Shown here: positions 12,450 through 26,482 of the stretch, piece by piece
How the letters are laid out: each line of letters starts with the position of its first letter
How positions within the stretch are numbered: position 1 is the first letter of the stretch
Translations under genes and position numbers: made by a program
Notes under the pieces: generated by a model
The model's database searches: none
The model's input: only the letters and a program-made list of their open reading frames with translations
Told to the model about the DNA's origin: nothing
Origin: Octopus vulgaris
Lineage: Eukaryota
Assembly: GCA_951406725.2 (NCBI GenBank)
Contig: OX597818.1
Location: forward strand, 25,296,001-25,360,000
Reading direction: 5' to 3'
DNA length: 64,000 nucleotides

Positions 12450-15297
12450 ATTAACCATTATAATTAGAAGGTTAATTAACTTACTTCACTTGATGTTGTT
12501 CATGTGCATACAGATGTTTTAATGTTAACCATGCTCATAAAATTATTACATGAATCTTTACTGGGTGGTAACATGTTCTTGGGAACACTGTGAGATCAGA
12601 AAGGGATAGCAAATGTCAAGAAGGTGCTATGGAGGTGTTGAGTGTTTAGTGGGTCATCATTTTTGTAAGAAATAAAATATTTCAACTAAGTATGATACTT
12701 ATATTTTTAAATATATTAAAAAAAAAAACTTTGAGATTAAAATAGGAATAGAACACTGTGTTACCAGTGAGCAGAAAGCATGAGTGATGTGCTAGTGTCC
12801 AATATTCACAATTAGCTTATTTTTATATTTAAGCTGTCCTTTCAGTTCACCCTTGCTTGGAGATTTAAGGAGAGAAACTGTGTTTGGCAAAATGCAAAGC
12901 AACATGTGCAATTGCTGTTGAAGTTAATGTGATATGTAAACTGTAATTTCTGTAGAAGAGTATATTTATATGTCGGTAGAAGAAGTAGACAGGTTATCAA
13001 GATAAGCAGAGTGAAGAACATTTTTAGTTAGCAGGGATGATAATGTTTGTGGCTTCCTTTTGAATGTGTTTGTTCAATATCCATGGCCTATTGTGTTTTG
13101 GAAGACCTATGGTATAAAGTTGATAGAATCTTCAGGAGCAATATACAAGCCTATCTCTTTAGCTATGTAATGTTTTGTTCTACTTTAGTATCTTATTGCA
13201 TAGTCTGCTATTTAGAAGTTTGTGGAATGCATTGTGGTAGTAATGACATTTTTGTTTTGTTGTCTAGACTTAGTTTATTAAAGGTTCTAACGGAGGCCAT
13301 AGTGGAGACTGGTAAAATAAGATTTATTGACATTGAATTTATAGGAATCTGGTTTTTCTTTTTCCATACTTCTTCATATAAATACTGATTCTAACATATT
13401 TGAAATATGTATTATATTATGGTACTTTTACATTTTCACATAAAATAAAACTTTTACATGGTTGTAAGGCAGTGACCTATTGATTTGAGAAAGTTTCTGA
13501 TTAATGAGCAAATATAATGATATCCTGGGTTTAGTGACTTGTGAATACTGCAAATCAGTCTCTGGCAAAGTAATGCATTACTGAAAACTCAAACTGAAAA
13601 AGAAATATGCATCTAAATGAATGTACAGCATGACAAAAGTGAACAACAGAATGTATAGTCAGGAAAAAGTATGGTATTGTTATAAGAAGCAAGAATGTGG
13701 ATGTGTGTGCTGGTGTACCAATACTGATAGGTATCTGAATAAGGCACTCGTTTAACAATATTTTCAGTTTGTGGTTTCCAAAACAAGACAGAAAATGTGA
13801 GAGAGGATATTACATAAAATTAACTGAAAGAAAATATGAGAAAGTTTTTTTATGTAAGCAAACATGCAGAAGTTGTGAGTGTGTCTCATTAACTGATGGG
13901 AAGTCAGCTTGTAATGAAAACAATGTAGCGATAAGATAATCTCCTCTGTTTATATAACATCAGATAGGTTTCAGAAAATGACCTGACTTTAGAGTACATG
14001 CCAAAAACAAATTAAACTACGAGTAGTTTGTTATTGATTGGTTAAAATGTGCATTAAACTTAGTCACATGTTATGCAGAACTAGACCGGCCACATATGTT
14101 AATTTTTGTGTGATTTTGACAGTGAAATAAAAGTCCAATGGTCACATGATATGCAAAATAGATTAGACATTGTGAGACAATTGCCATGCTAGATTTTTGA
14201 CAAACTGAAAAAACTTTCCCCCTAAGATTATTATTATTATTTTTCTTTTTTTTTTTTTTTTGCATAGAGAAAAGCAATCAATGATTAAAAGCATTTATTG
14301 AAACCACCGTTATTGTTTGAGATATTTGATTTGAAAAGGTGTTGTCATCTCTCCTTGTAAAATGGTAGAGAAAAAAAAAATAGTTCTGGATTAAAGTTTA
14401 CTTCAGTTGGTCAGTGAAAATAGTCTCCCTTTGACCATGCACAGTGATGAAAATTAAAAGTCCTATACAGAATGTTGAATAGACCAATATGGAGTGCTGA
14501 TTCAGTATGGAATCTCTTAGAATCTAGATGTGATTTATTATGATAGATTAAGTTTTTGGTGAAATACGGGATGTGCATGCCTAGTTAATGCACATTTTGT
14601 GATGGATCAAGTACTGATGTAAGGTTAGTAGGCATAATCATCTGGACTGGTAACTTGAAGGTGCCATACTGCAGTTCTCTCAATTTCCTCCTTTATAAAA
14701 GAGCATATACCCAGTAGCATGAAAGAATTATACACATACCACTGGGTGTGTATATTTGGGCTTCATCAGAAGCCTCGTGTTGATGGTGGAAATATTCCTC
14801 CATAGCAATTGTATAAGTGAGTTTCAAATTGCCATTCTCTATCAGTTGTGATGATATCTAACATGCTATACCCCAAAATATAAGAAAGTGCTTAATGATA
14901 ATGATATAGAAATGTACCTTCTTTGGGGTTTTTTAACATGCAATGCAGTTTCTGGCCAGTTGTGTGTTTTAGTTTATACTAGTCAAAAAAATTGATACTG
15001 ATTTGCATTTGATACTACCTGGATGAAGTAAACAATGTAGCAAGTTGAGAATCGAGTGATGATGTTTTTGAGGTACATAAGGGCACTCATGGTCTGTTGA
15101 TATCACACCAATAATATTCAGTTGAAGGGGGAAGTGGTGCTTAATGGAAAATCAAAGAATTCTATAGATTAAACAATTTTTTATCATCTATGTGGCCTGC
15201 TGCTACTTGTTCTCAATTGTTGATAGCATAAGTTGTGTGTTGACATGAACATGGGAAAGTGCATTTGTAGCTGTATTTTTCAGTCCTTTAGTGTGTT

Positions 15298-15445
15298 TGG
15301 TGCTACATTAAAAACGCCCAATACACTCTGTAAAGTGGTTGGCATTAGGAAGGGCATTCAGCTGTAGAAACCATGCCAAAACAGACAATGGAACCTGATG
15401 CAGCTCCTTACCAGCTCCTGCGAAACTATTCAACCCATGCCAGTG
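15298..15445 (+). mobile_element. SINE family B fragment
   Basis: gtaaagtggttggcattaggaagggcattcagctgtagaaaccatgcc...caacccatgccag. Confidence 0.8.
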
Positions 15446-17189
15446 ACATACAATCCAGAATGTCTCTGGGTGAATGTCAGTCTGATTTCATCTTTAAGGC
15501 AAACATCTATAGTTGATAGTCAACCTAAATTGTAAAATGCTATCCATCCAGTAAACAGTGAAAATGCTCTAAGTCTCAGTTATTTGCTTGTAATTCTCCT
15601 TCAGAGGTACTGTAGCTAGATTCAAAACTGAATTGACAAATTGCCAAATTAAAATTATGGCTTATAACAGCTTTTTCATGTGACTGACTGAGTCATGGAT
15701 CAGTCAGTCACCAGACATCATGTAATGCATCTTTTTAGAAGCCCCAGAACGTTCCTTTACAAAGCTAATAAATAGGCATGTTTTTAGTGCCAGCTTTGCA
15801 GAGTACCAAGGACAACTGGGCGAAATGCATCTCCACTCTTGCCAGACCATGTTGCACACAGACCAGCTGATTCATTTTCACATGTCTTACCTCTTGCCTC
15901 AGTTTGTGACTGCTTACAGCTAAGCTAACCACATACTCATTTTGGTGCTTTTAACAGTTGTTATCATAACTCTTTTTTCAACCTAATCAGCAGCTACAGT
16001 CCACTGTCTTGGCAGCTTAATTACAGAGCCTTTTTAATCAACTATTTGTAAGAGCTACATAATTGTCCTTCTGTGTGTAAACTTTGTTGTCACAATTTTA
16101 ATTCATGACCAACATGAAAATTATTTGTGCAGTAAACTAAAGTTCTATTAATTATTCACAAGTGTTGTGCATTCGTTATCTGCAACCTGAAACCAACTTG
16201 ACTATCAGCATCTCATATCTTTCCTCCTTTGTCTATCACACACTATGTGACAGTACTATATTTGGATTTAGCTGGTTGTAGACACTTGGAGAAGGAAAAT
16301 GGTTGCTACTTGTTGAACTTCTATCGCCATCTCTGATACATCTATCAGTAAACTTGGTGTTTCTGTTTTGGGCTGGGTAAGAAGAGTACCTTTAGTTAAT
16401 AATATCTTTTGGAAGGCCGACATTCATTTGCATCCAAAGTAATATCTTGTTTTTCTTTTTTGTGTGTGTGTGTGCAGAATACCAGTTAACAGTTGAGTGA
16501 TTTATGTACCATAAGGACTGAGTCAGTGATAAAAATTTAGACCATTAAATTCTCTGAATTTATAAAAGGAAGAAGGTGCTAGAAACTCCTGAATAGCTTC
16601 GTCTTTTCTTAAGTAGGCAAATCCCAACTTTGCTGTATTTCCAAGATATGTATTGAGGAAATACAACAGACAAACAAATCCCCCACCCACCCACCCACCC
16701 AAGCACTTGTTAAAGTTGACCATATCCCATTAGTCTTCTCATGAGTAAATGAAAATGTTTGTCATGCTCTTCATCAGTTGAATTGGCAACAAGTTGATTA
16801 TTAATTTAAGCATACAGGAAAATTAACCCTTGCAGAATATTGTCAAAGTACCTTCGAAAGTTTTATGTAACATCTGGAAAACCAAATGGTATGTGCAAAA
16901 ATTTGTAGCCTACAAATGATGTGGTGGTGGCACTCTTATGGATATTTTTGATTCTAAAGAGTATTGTCCGGAACTGTGTTGGCATTCTGTCACAAAATCA
17001 CTGAGAGGATGCTGGTCACCTGATGCTTTTTGAGGAAATGTGCAGGGGTGATGACGAGTTGCTTATGGAACTCTTTATGATGCTAAGCATGTCATTGAAC
17101 TTCTACCTAGCCATTTTAAAATTATCCAGAGCATGGCATCAAGACCTAGCTATTACAGGTACTCCTTTCGTCTTGATATGGTAATGCTG

Positions 17190-17394
17190 TTCATGGCTGT
17201 GTGGCAAGATGCTTGCTTCCCAACCACATGGTTCCAAGTTCAGTCTCACTGCATGGCACCTTGAGCAAGTGTCTTCTACTGTAGCCTCAGGCTGACTAAA
17301 GCCTTATGGGTGGATTTGATGGATGGAAACTGAAAGAAGCCTGTCATGTGTATATATGCTAGCATGGAGAACGGACGTTAAACGATGATGATGA

Positions 17395-17450
<56 letters not shown>

Positions 17451-17668
17451 CTTTGTGTTTGTTCCCTCAACACCGCTTGACAACTGGTGTTGGTGTGTTT
17501 ACATCCCTGTAACTTAGCAGTTCAGCAAAAAAGACTGACAAATAAGTACTAGGCTTTAAAAAAAAAAAATCCCTGGGGTTGGTTTGTTTGACAAAGACCT
17601 TCAAGGTGGTGCCCCAGCATGGTCACAGTCATATGATTGAAACAGGTAAACGATAAAAGATAAAAGAT
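17190..17668 (+). mobile_element. Full-length tRNA-derived SINE family A, with a family B tail nested at 17357-17398
   Basis: tRNA-like head (tggctgtgtggcaag..gttcagtc), central microsatellite and 3' tail ggtggtgccccagcatggtcacagtc..gataaaagataaaaga. Confidence 0.88.
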
Positions 17669-20600
17669 TCTTTTAATTTTGTCATAATCAGGATATTGAA
17701 TATAGATATTTTTGCGTAAATTTCATTTTTACTTGTAGTATTTTGCAAGAAAAATAGGTCTTACTGAGAATGACTTGAACTACAAGGCTGGTTGAAGAAT
17801 GAATAAGGTGTAGTTGTTAAACATTGACAGGTAATTTGTTAAAGAAAATCACCTGATTATAGGAGTGAGGAAGTAAGTAAAAATAAATATCCAGCTAAAA
17901 CATTTGTTGCTCTCCTAGAATTAGAACCAACTATTTCTCACCATAAGTAGTGACAGGAAAGTGATCGACAGCAGTAAGAGTTGTGGTTTCTTAGCAGAAA
18001 TTTGTGTGGTATATAGGACATTCACTAAAACACTAGTGTTAATAAAAGAACATTTGTAAGTACTTCTTTCACCATTGTAGAATGGGTAACTAGTGGTGTT
18101 ATAGCTAGTTAAATTGGTCCTTATTTTGGTCATGAATCATAAAAGTTTTTAGAAACAAATTAGGGTCATTCTATGCAGCAGCAAGGAAGGTTTCCAATTT
18201 CTTCAAGGTGGAGCTGTGAGCATGTCTGATTTCTTGAGCTATATTGGTGTTGGAGGGTGCTCACTATATGTACAAATTCAAACAGTTTCTTCATGAACTT
18301 GAGGGCAAAATGGAGTTAGTGCCTGTAAATTTGCAGTTGTCACCTCTGTAACAAATGAGTTAATATCTAACTGGGTCAAACAAATTTGAATTGCATGCAA
18401 ATTATGTATGTATGAAATTCAAATGAAAGAAAGAGCATTTTAGTTGCTAAGGCAAAAAGAAATTAATAAGTTCTGGAACATGAACTTCTTTCACAAGGTT
18501 ATTGGATCAAAAACACATGTTCAAATGTAGGTTGTTTCTAATTATAGCTTTATTCATGTTGATGAACACTAATTTTAAAATCATTCTCACTCTGTTATGG
18601 TTGCCAACAGTAGCTTTTCTTTTTCCATACATCATATAAAATGTAATTCAATATATAGTTCATACATATATTTTATTTACAGTACTTCTACATTTCACAT
18701 GAAATACTGCAACTTTTTTGCAGAAAAAAAAACAGTACTGAAAAGTCAGTTATATGAATGAACTATAAAAGAAAGGATAAAGACAACACAAGAGAGTGAC
18801 AATGTTTAACAAATACTGCTTTAGCTTAGTGCTTAAGAGGAAGGGAAGGAGTCTTAATGTTTTAGGCATTAGTTCTACATGAGAAGGAAGCGAAATGTAC
18901 AAGGGGAGTGAAATAAAAGTCCCAATTTGTTACATTTTGGACAAAATGTAAGTTCACCACAAATCAGTTTTTATTTTGATGTTGTTTTAGTAAAAATATT
19001 CTAATTTTTAATGTAAAATAGAGTAATATCTATCTATTTCATTACTCTTTTTTTTTTTTAAATCAGAGACTGTTATAAAAAAAACTTCCTAATTCATTCT
19101 TTATTCAATTCACTTAGTTTTTATATTTCTATATCACAATTACACATGGGAGCATTATAAATAGTTTGATTTTATTTATAAAATTGAAATGTATCACGAG
19201 TTGAGACTAGCTATTTCCAAGTAACTAAGGTAGTATGCATTATTGATATTTTATTTTTTATGAATTTATCAGAAATCACAACTGCATACTTGATGTTGTA
19301 AGTGGTATTTGTTGTAATTATTTGTATGTTTTTATTAAAAAATAGTTAAGATGATTAAATCAAATTCTGTTTGTTGGAGCTTATCAATTGGTGCAAATGC
19401 AAATTAGAAGAAATACTGAGTGTTGGAGCAAAATAGTTAACTTGGTAAAATCCTGATTGAACAAGTAGTAATTGAGAATAGCATGAAAGAGAAAGCAAGA
19501 AAGATTACTTGGAAATTATACTCAATGATAGATGCAAGTGTCTCGAATATAATGAAACCATATAGAACGATTAGATATTGGTGAGTTACTTTGTTAGATG
19601 AGACAGAGCAAATTAGGCAAACATGTTCATATTAAAATATTCTCTAGGATTTGGTGAATAATGAGGGGAAAAAATTGCTATTCAATGTTGTTCCACCCTT
19701 GGTGAGAGTACTGGCTGTCAAAGCAAGGCAATGAAGCAAATGAAAATAGAGAAGCTTCAAAACCTTCACAGTTGCTAGCATCATAGATTCATTTAAATAT
19801 GCTAGTAATAATTCTCATAACAGAAATACATACTTTAGGCAGATAATATGATGAGATTGGCAATATTTTCTAAAAAGATAACAAACTATGGAGAAAACTA
19901 TAAGCTAGAATATCAAAAGGAAATAAGCTAACCTTAAGATTGTATTTTATTTTCACATGACACAAATACTCAGATATGTTTGGGAAGTTTGGAAGTAAAA
20001 TATTTAGTTACAAATAGACACAAATACATTGTAATTGTTAACTGTTGATAAAGTTTGGGTAGCAAAGAAACTGTAGATGAATTTGAGAGTCTTTAAGCCT
20101 ATGCTGATATAAAATATAGTATGGCTTACTTCATTTAGCACGAAGTTTGAGATTGCTGTTTAATCCCTGATTAAGCAGATCATTGATCAAAGGCATCCCA
20201 GCTGTAACCATCTGAATTCAGACAATGTATGTGGGTCTACATTGCATTTAAAAGGATACATTATTCAATGAATCCTTTTAAAATGGTAGGATATAATATA
20301 AGGAAGATTAGGTTGCTATTTCTTGCAACTTTAGTTATCAAGTTGTTTGATGATGTTGAAGTTCATGTAAGTTCAGGATAATCAGATATCAAGTAAGGTT
20401 ATTTTATGCGTCTCTTATCATTAAGGGATTCTCTCTCCACATCTAGAGCATACTGCATAAAGCATTGACAATGAAAACGGAACATTATTAGCAGGTGGAG
20501 ATCAGTTAACTTTTGATCAGAGGTTTCCTCATCTATGGCTGATCTAAGGCTTGAACAACAACAGTTTGTTCACTATCTTTGTCTATATTGTTATTCATTT

Positions 20601-21029
20601 TTTCAAATTGAAATATGATTTATGTCCTCAGTTAAAATAAATACTTTAATAAATAAATACTGGCTACATAAGTTGTAAATTAACTAATTAGGAAACTTAG
20701 AATGTTAATAGTTATTGCATAGATTGATGAATGATTGAAGAAAAAAGTGGTGTGCTTGAAACTAGTTTTGTTAAAAGTAATACATTTTAAAATCATTTTG
20801 AAAGTAATCAGTTGATCTGGTGTAATTTCAGCTTTTTTTCTTCTCTTTCACAAATACTCTATTCATGAATAGTGTGCTTTTTACATGAGATTTTTAAGCC
20901 TGAAAATTAGGGACTTGCATTATAAATGAGAACTAAATGTTACTAATTTTTATGGCCCTTCATGCATGGTCATATTTGGGATATCGTGAGTGAAAGTAAT
21001 TTATATCTATTGTTTAAGCTGATGTGTAA

Positions 21030-21390
21030 TCATCATCATCATTTAATGTCTGCTTTCCATGCTAGCATGGGTTGGACCATTTGACTGAGAACTGGTGAAC
21101 CAGATGGCTGCACCAGGCTCCAATCTTGATCTGGCAGAGTTTCTACAGCAGGATGCCCTTCCTAATGCCAACCACTCCGAGAGCGTAGTGGGTACCTTTA
21201 CGTGCCACCGGCACGAGGGCCAGTCAGGTGGTACTGGCAACGGCCATGCCCAAATGGTGTTTTTTTTACGTGCCACCTACATAACGGCACAAGTGCCAGT
21301 AAGGTGACGCTGGTAACGATCACGCACGAATGGTGCTTTTTACATGCCACCGGGAAGGACGCCAGTTAGCCGCTCTGGCAATGATCAAAG
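21030..21390 (-). mobile_element. SINE family B copy with three ~70 bp internal tandem units
   Basis: (CAT)n tail at 21030 and family B core. Units starting tttac(g/a)tgccacc at about 21197, 21265 and 21339. Confidence 0.82.
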
Positions 21391-24300
21391 AAGGCGTTTC
21401 CATGCCGGGATTCCGATTCTCAGCATGGGATGTTTATTATGTCAGTGATATTATATTAAATGTTCATTATATTTCATAAATATGCATTAAAAATGTAAAT
21501 TTTATGTTGATTGTGCACTTGATATTTATGATAGTCACCACTTGTGGTTGCCCACAATAGAGTTTGTTTTCAACATGAAATTGATTTCCTAGAAAAACAT
21601 GGTGTAATGTTGACTTTACAGCAGGTATACTTGAACAATTTATGCTGATAAATTTCAAAGGTGACTTTCAAATTTACTTTGTTTCATTTAGGATGTATGA
21701 AATTTTTCAATGCATTTTTTACAGCAATTATAATAAACATCTGACTCAAACTTGTTTTTCCATACTCAGGAAAAGTCAATGTGTACTATACACCAGATAT
21801 ATTTTTTCAGTATTTCATTGCCTATCATTAACAGTTCGCATTGCACATGGCAATCATTGTATATGAGTAAATACAGTATTTGACTGATAAGAAAGTAGAA
21901 GCAGAAATTCTGTTTAACAACCATGACTTCATTTTAATAAAGTTCTATAAAATGAAACTCAGTTGCTGTAATGGTATTGACAGATTTTTGATTTGATATT
22001 AGCATAATCTGTGCTCTTAAATTGCAAGTTTGCATTATAAAACTGTATGATAATATTCTGTTAAACTCATCAAAGTTATTGTGGTATATAGTCATCAAGT
22101 TTAGAATTTTTCAAGATGTATAAAACATTTATCTAATGTTATAACTGAAACATTAATCATATTCATTTACCTTAAAATCAGCTGCTGTGAGTTTTACCTT
22201 TCTCTTTGCTCTGTTTCTGTTGCTTTCAGTTTGAAAGTTAGGTTCATGGTTTGTTATGGTTTTGTCCAGGGAGTTAGTATGTGTATTTGAAATTTAATAT
22301 TTGTTGTTTGTTCATGTGTGTGTTGTGTACTACTTGTATGTTGTAGGGTTAGCATTTCTCTTGACATTTCTTTACAGGATTCTCACCATCAATGATTAGT
22401 AAAAATTTGGCTTTTTTTTTCTTTTTTGTAGAATGAAGTGGTGGGGATCCGTTAGTGTGGGAAGGGAATGTCATTTGCACTACTTCATCAATATTGATTT
22501 TTAATGTTCACCCACATTTGGCTGTTACAATTAGAGTTTTATACCACAGCATATCTGGAGGTATTCTTGTTTCGCAGAGTTTCTTAAGCTTAATTTTCCA
22601 AGGTTTAATTTTTCTTGTCTGTTTTTTTTAATTAATCCATATTTCTGTTATATTATTACAATCATTTCATATGTTTTATTTATCTGTTCTCATAGACATG
22701 TTTATATGGTTATATAAGAACAGTTATCTCTCTCACACACTGTTACCAAAATTCAAATATCCAGTCTTCTTTTGAATTCATTTACACATAGCCTATTTTA
22801 TCTCTCAAATTCATGTTCTTTATCCAGTAAATTATATTTATGGTAATTTTCTCCAGTCACTGCAGTTCTGCTAACTAAACAGTTGATGTCCCACTGCTCT
22901 TATAGTATTACATTTTTGACACGAATTATGAAGTTTACTCTTTTTATGAAGAGTTGTTTTTCGTGCAGCAATGCATCCATTATTTATAAATTGTTTATTC
23001 ACTGTCAATCTACCCAAAATAATACATCTTGTACACACATTAATTGCACCAATTACTTACAATATCTACATAGCAATTTTGATTCAATGTACTTGTAACT
23101 TTGATATAATGTAGTTTAGGGGGAAAATGTGAACGATATAAAATTATTCATAATGTGTACGGTTACAATGAACTATACTTAATGAAGGATTCTAAAAATT
23201 AATTGCATGTTTTTTGAGGCTTTGTTTACAGTTTCTTTTATGATATTGAATTCATTAAGAAATTTAGGATTGATTTCAAGGATAGGTGTCTGTATGTGGT
23301 TAACCTAGTATTCATTGCAAATCTAGAAGAAGAAATGCTAAAAACTTTGTATAGTGTATAAAATCCTGCAGTGAATGGATTAGTAGCCATACTCACTCTC
23401 TATGAATGTGATATTCTGTTGGTGTTGGCAACGATAGTTATGCAAGAGATATAGTTTGATTTCAGATACATTGATAGACTTATTACTTAAACTATTGATT
23501 CTCTATCAATATGTATAAATGAGAGAGATAGAGATAACAGATGGTAAACTACCCTTTACAAATTCTTTTGTAATTGCCTTACTTCTTAGTATGTATGCAT
23601 TGGTAGTGTTAAAATTGTTACTTTTATATAAGTAATTCATATGCATCCAAAATTTAAATCTTGAGAGATTGTCTAAGTAAATTTCTATTTGTTAATTTGT
23701 TCTGTGCATATCATTTTTTGAAAAAAATACTTAAATCATATTTGATTTTTTTTTATTCTTGTTTCAAGAAAAAGGAATTCACTTCTTTATAATATTTTAT
23801 TGCTGAAGTTAAATCATCATTGCTTACTATATTGTAAAGTTTAGGGTTAACTGTTCTATTTAGAAATGGGCATCTTAAAAGCTCATAGTTTTCGTGTATA
23901 TTCTTTCATCTTTATCTCACCAACATATCCTTATTAATATCAGTTTTATGTTTATTTTTCGCTGTTAGCATAAATCTATAAAGAGCTACCTTTCAGTTAT
24001 ATGTTGCATCATATGAAGTCTTCCATGGGGACATTTACCCCTAACTGACTTCTATATAGTCAAAAGCTATTATTGAGAAGGATGGATGAAATGCATAAAA
24101 TTATTAATTTTCAAACTTGCTTCACCTCATATGAGTTTGTGTTTTCAAACTGCATGTTAATCCTTATATAAGTGGTCTCTTTGGTATGGTACCATAAATG
24201 GCTACAATTTTTTCCTTGCTAGATAGACAAAAGAAAAGAAACTAAAAATAAAAGTTAAAATGGTATGAATGTGTAAATAACATTGTGCTTTGAGATGGGA

Positions 24301-25209
24301 TACCAGCAACATATTTTCCACTTCATATTAGCTATACAAAGAGCCAATTATACTTTGCTACAGTATTATTGTAAACATTGTTCCAAGGTAGAAATTAGAA
24401 AGGAAAGTGAAGAATCAAAGAAAAATAAATGCTTTTTATTACAAAATTTTATCATTGCATGCATTACCATAGGCTTGTTAGTCTATATATCAATGGAGAT
24501 TTAGTAGTAATGTGGATCATCTCAGTGAGTGGCAGTTAGATATATTATATCCTGTATCTGTCATGGTTGAGTATGTACTTGTATGCCTTTGCTTTTACAA
24601 CTTGCAAAATTTAAAGCATCTGTGAAAGTAAAATCTTAAATTTTATGTAAAGGTTCTCTTTTCCATTACCCCACTCTAGATGATCTTGTCATATGTCAAT
24701 TACATCTGCTCCCACAGCAGCTGAAAATAAGAGCCTACCTATTATTTTCGTATTCTGCCAAAGTCAATTAGATGTTTAATGTACTAGTCTTGTAGTTATA
24801 TCCTACCATCTTTTCACTTTCACATAGTTTTCTTTTCTGTTAATTTACAAATGATTGTGATTTTAAGAAGCTGTATGAGATCTTAAAATGTAAATATTTT
24901 TGGATATAGTTTTATGAAAGTTCCTGCAGAAACTTTAAGTAGAAAACTGGTAGATTAAAATAGCTTTACTCTCTATTAACTTGGAAGAAGAGTAGTTTTT
25001 CATCAGCTTAATTAGGAAATTCAATCTCTCAAATTAGTACATTTCCTATTTGTCACGTCTTTACATTGGGAAATAGTGGAAATTATTTTCTGTAAGAACT
25101 GATTAAAACATAACCACTTCTTACTTTCTTAGGTTTTGAAAAGAAGGTTATTTACTGTTCATACCTTTCTCATATAGATTCATACAATATAAAAGTGAGT
25201 CAGTATATT

Positions 25210-26482
25210 TATCAGGTCTTTAAGAATGAAATGTCTGATTTTCTTACACACCAAGTTTGACAGTTGTTAACTCTAATGTTTTAGCCTGATAATTCTTTGT
25301 TTTACAACATTGAAGAGTTACATCATCACTTTTCGAAATGCAATTCATGGTGTTTGATTATATTGTGAGTTTTCACTTATAAATCAATTTTTGTGAACTT
25401 ATGGATAGATTAAATATTTGTATTGTTTATGAATATGAGTTCAGTCGTGGAACCAATGCATCCCAGACAGCTTGAAACATCAATAAGGTGTTTGGTGAAG
25501 ATGTGGTGAATGAGCACACTGCATGTCAATGGTTTGAGAAGTTCTGGTCTGGTGACTTTAGTCTTGAAAATCAGCTCCATGGTTGACCTGAGACCAAGAT
25601 GGATAATGAGCTGGAAACTGTAGTGGAAGCGGATACATCTCAAACTACATGTGAATTAGCAGCAAGGTTTGATCTTTCAATTCCAACTGTATTGGACCAT
25701 CTGAAACAAATTGGCATGGTAAAGAAGCTGGACAAGTGGGTACCACATGAACTGAACAAGCATCAGATGACATGTCATCTTGAAATTTGCTTTTCTTTGC
25801 TGTCACAGCATAAAAGCAAACTATTTTTGCATCATATTGTTATGTGTGATTAAAAATGGATTCTTTTCAACAATAGCAAGCATTCTGCATGGTGGTTGGA
25901 TAGAGACGAAGTGCTAAAACACAATCCCAAAAAGAATATTCACCAAAAAAAGCTAATGGTGTCTTTTTGGTGATCTAGCACTGGTGTCAGCCACTATTGC
26001 TTCATGAGACCTGATAAGTCAATTACAGCAGATGTATACATCAACCAACTGGATGAAATGATGAGTGAACTTGCAATTAAACAACTGAGATTGGTCAATT
26101 GAGACAAGCCAATTCTCTTGCAAGACATTGCTCAACCACATGTTGCACAAAGAACACTACTCAAATTACAGCAACTGAACTTGGAAGTACATCCACCATA
26201 TTCACCACACCTTGCACCAACTGACTATCACATTTTCCAGATATTTGACAACATTTTGCAAAGACAAAACTTCAAATCTGAAGAAGATGCGAAAACAGCC
26301 TTTTGTGATTTCATCACCTCTTGCTCTCCAGAATTCTTCACTACCGGTGTAAATAAACTACTGATAAAATGGCAAAATTGTGTTGATAATTTAGGTGCAT
26401 TTAGCTGCGTTGCTTTTTGTTGAGATAAAGTAAAATAAACTTTTAGTTCAAAATTAGACATTTTATTCTTAATGACCTGATA
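25210..26482 (+). mobile_element. Defective mariner transposon, copy 2 (same family as 311-1713)
   Basis: Same TIRs. Motifs WVPHEL, MCD*KW, LQDIAQPH, HPPYSPHLAPTDYH and WQNCVD. Collinear with copy 1. Confidence 0.93.

Noticed and set aside
15680-15710. 11-bp inverted repeat tgactgactga / tcagtcagtca
   Set aside because: Built from a (TGAC)n microsatellite and expected by chance.
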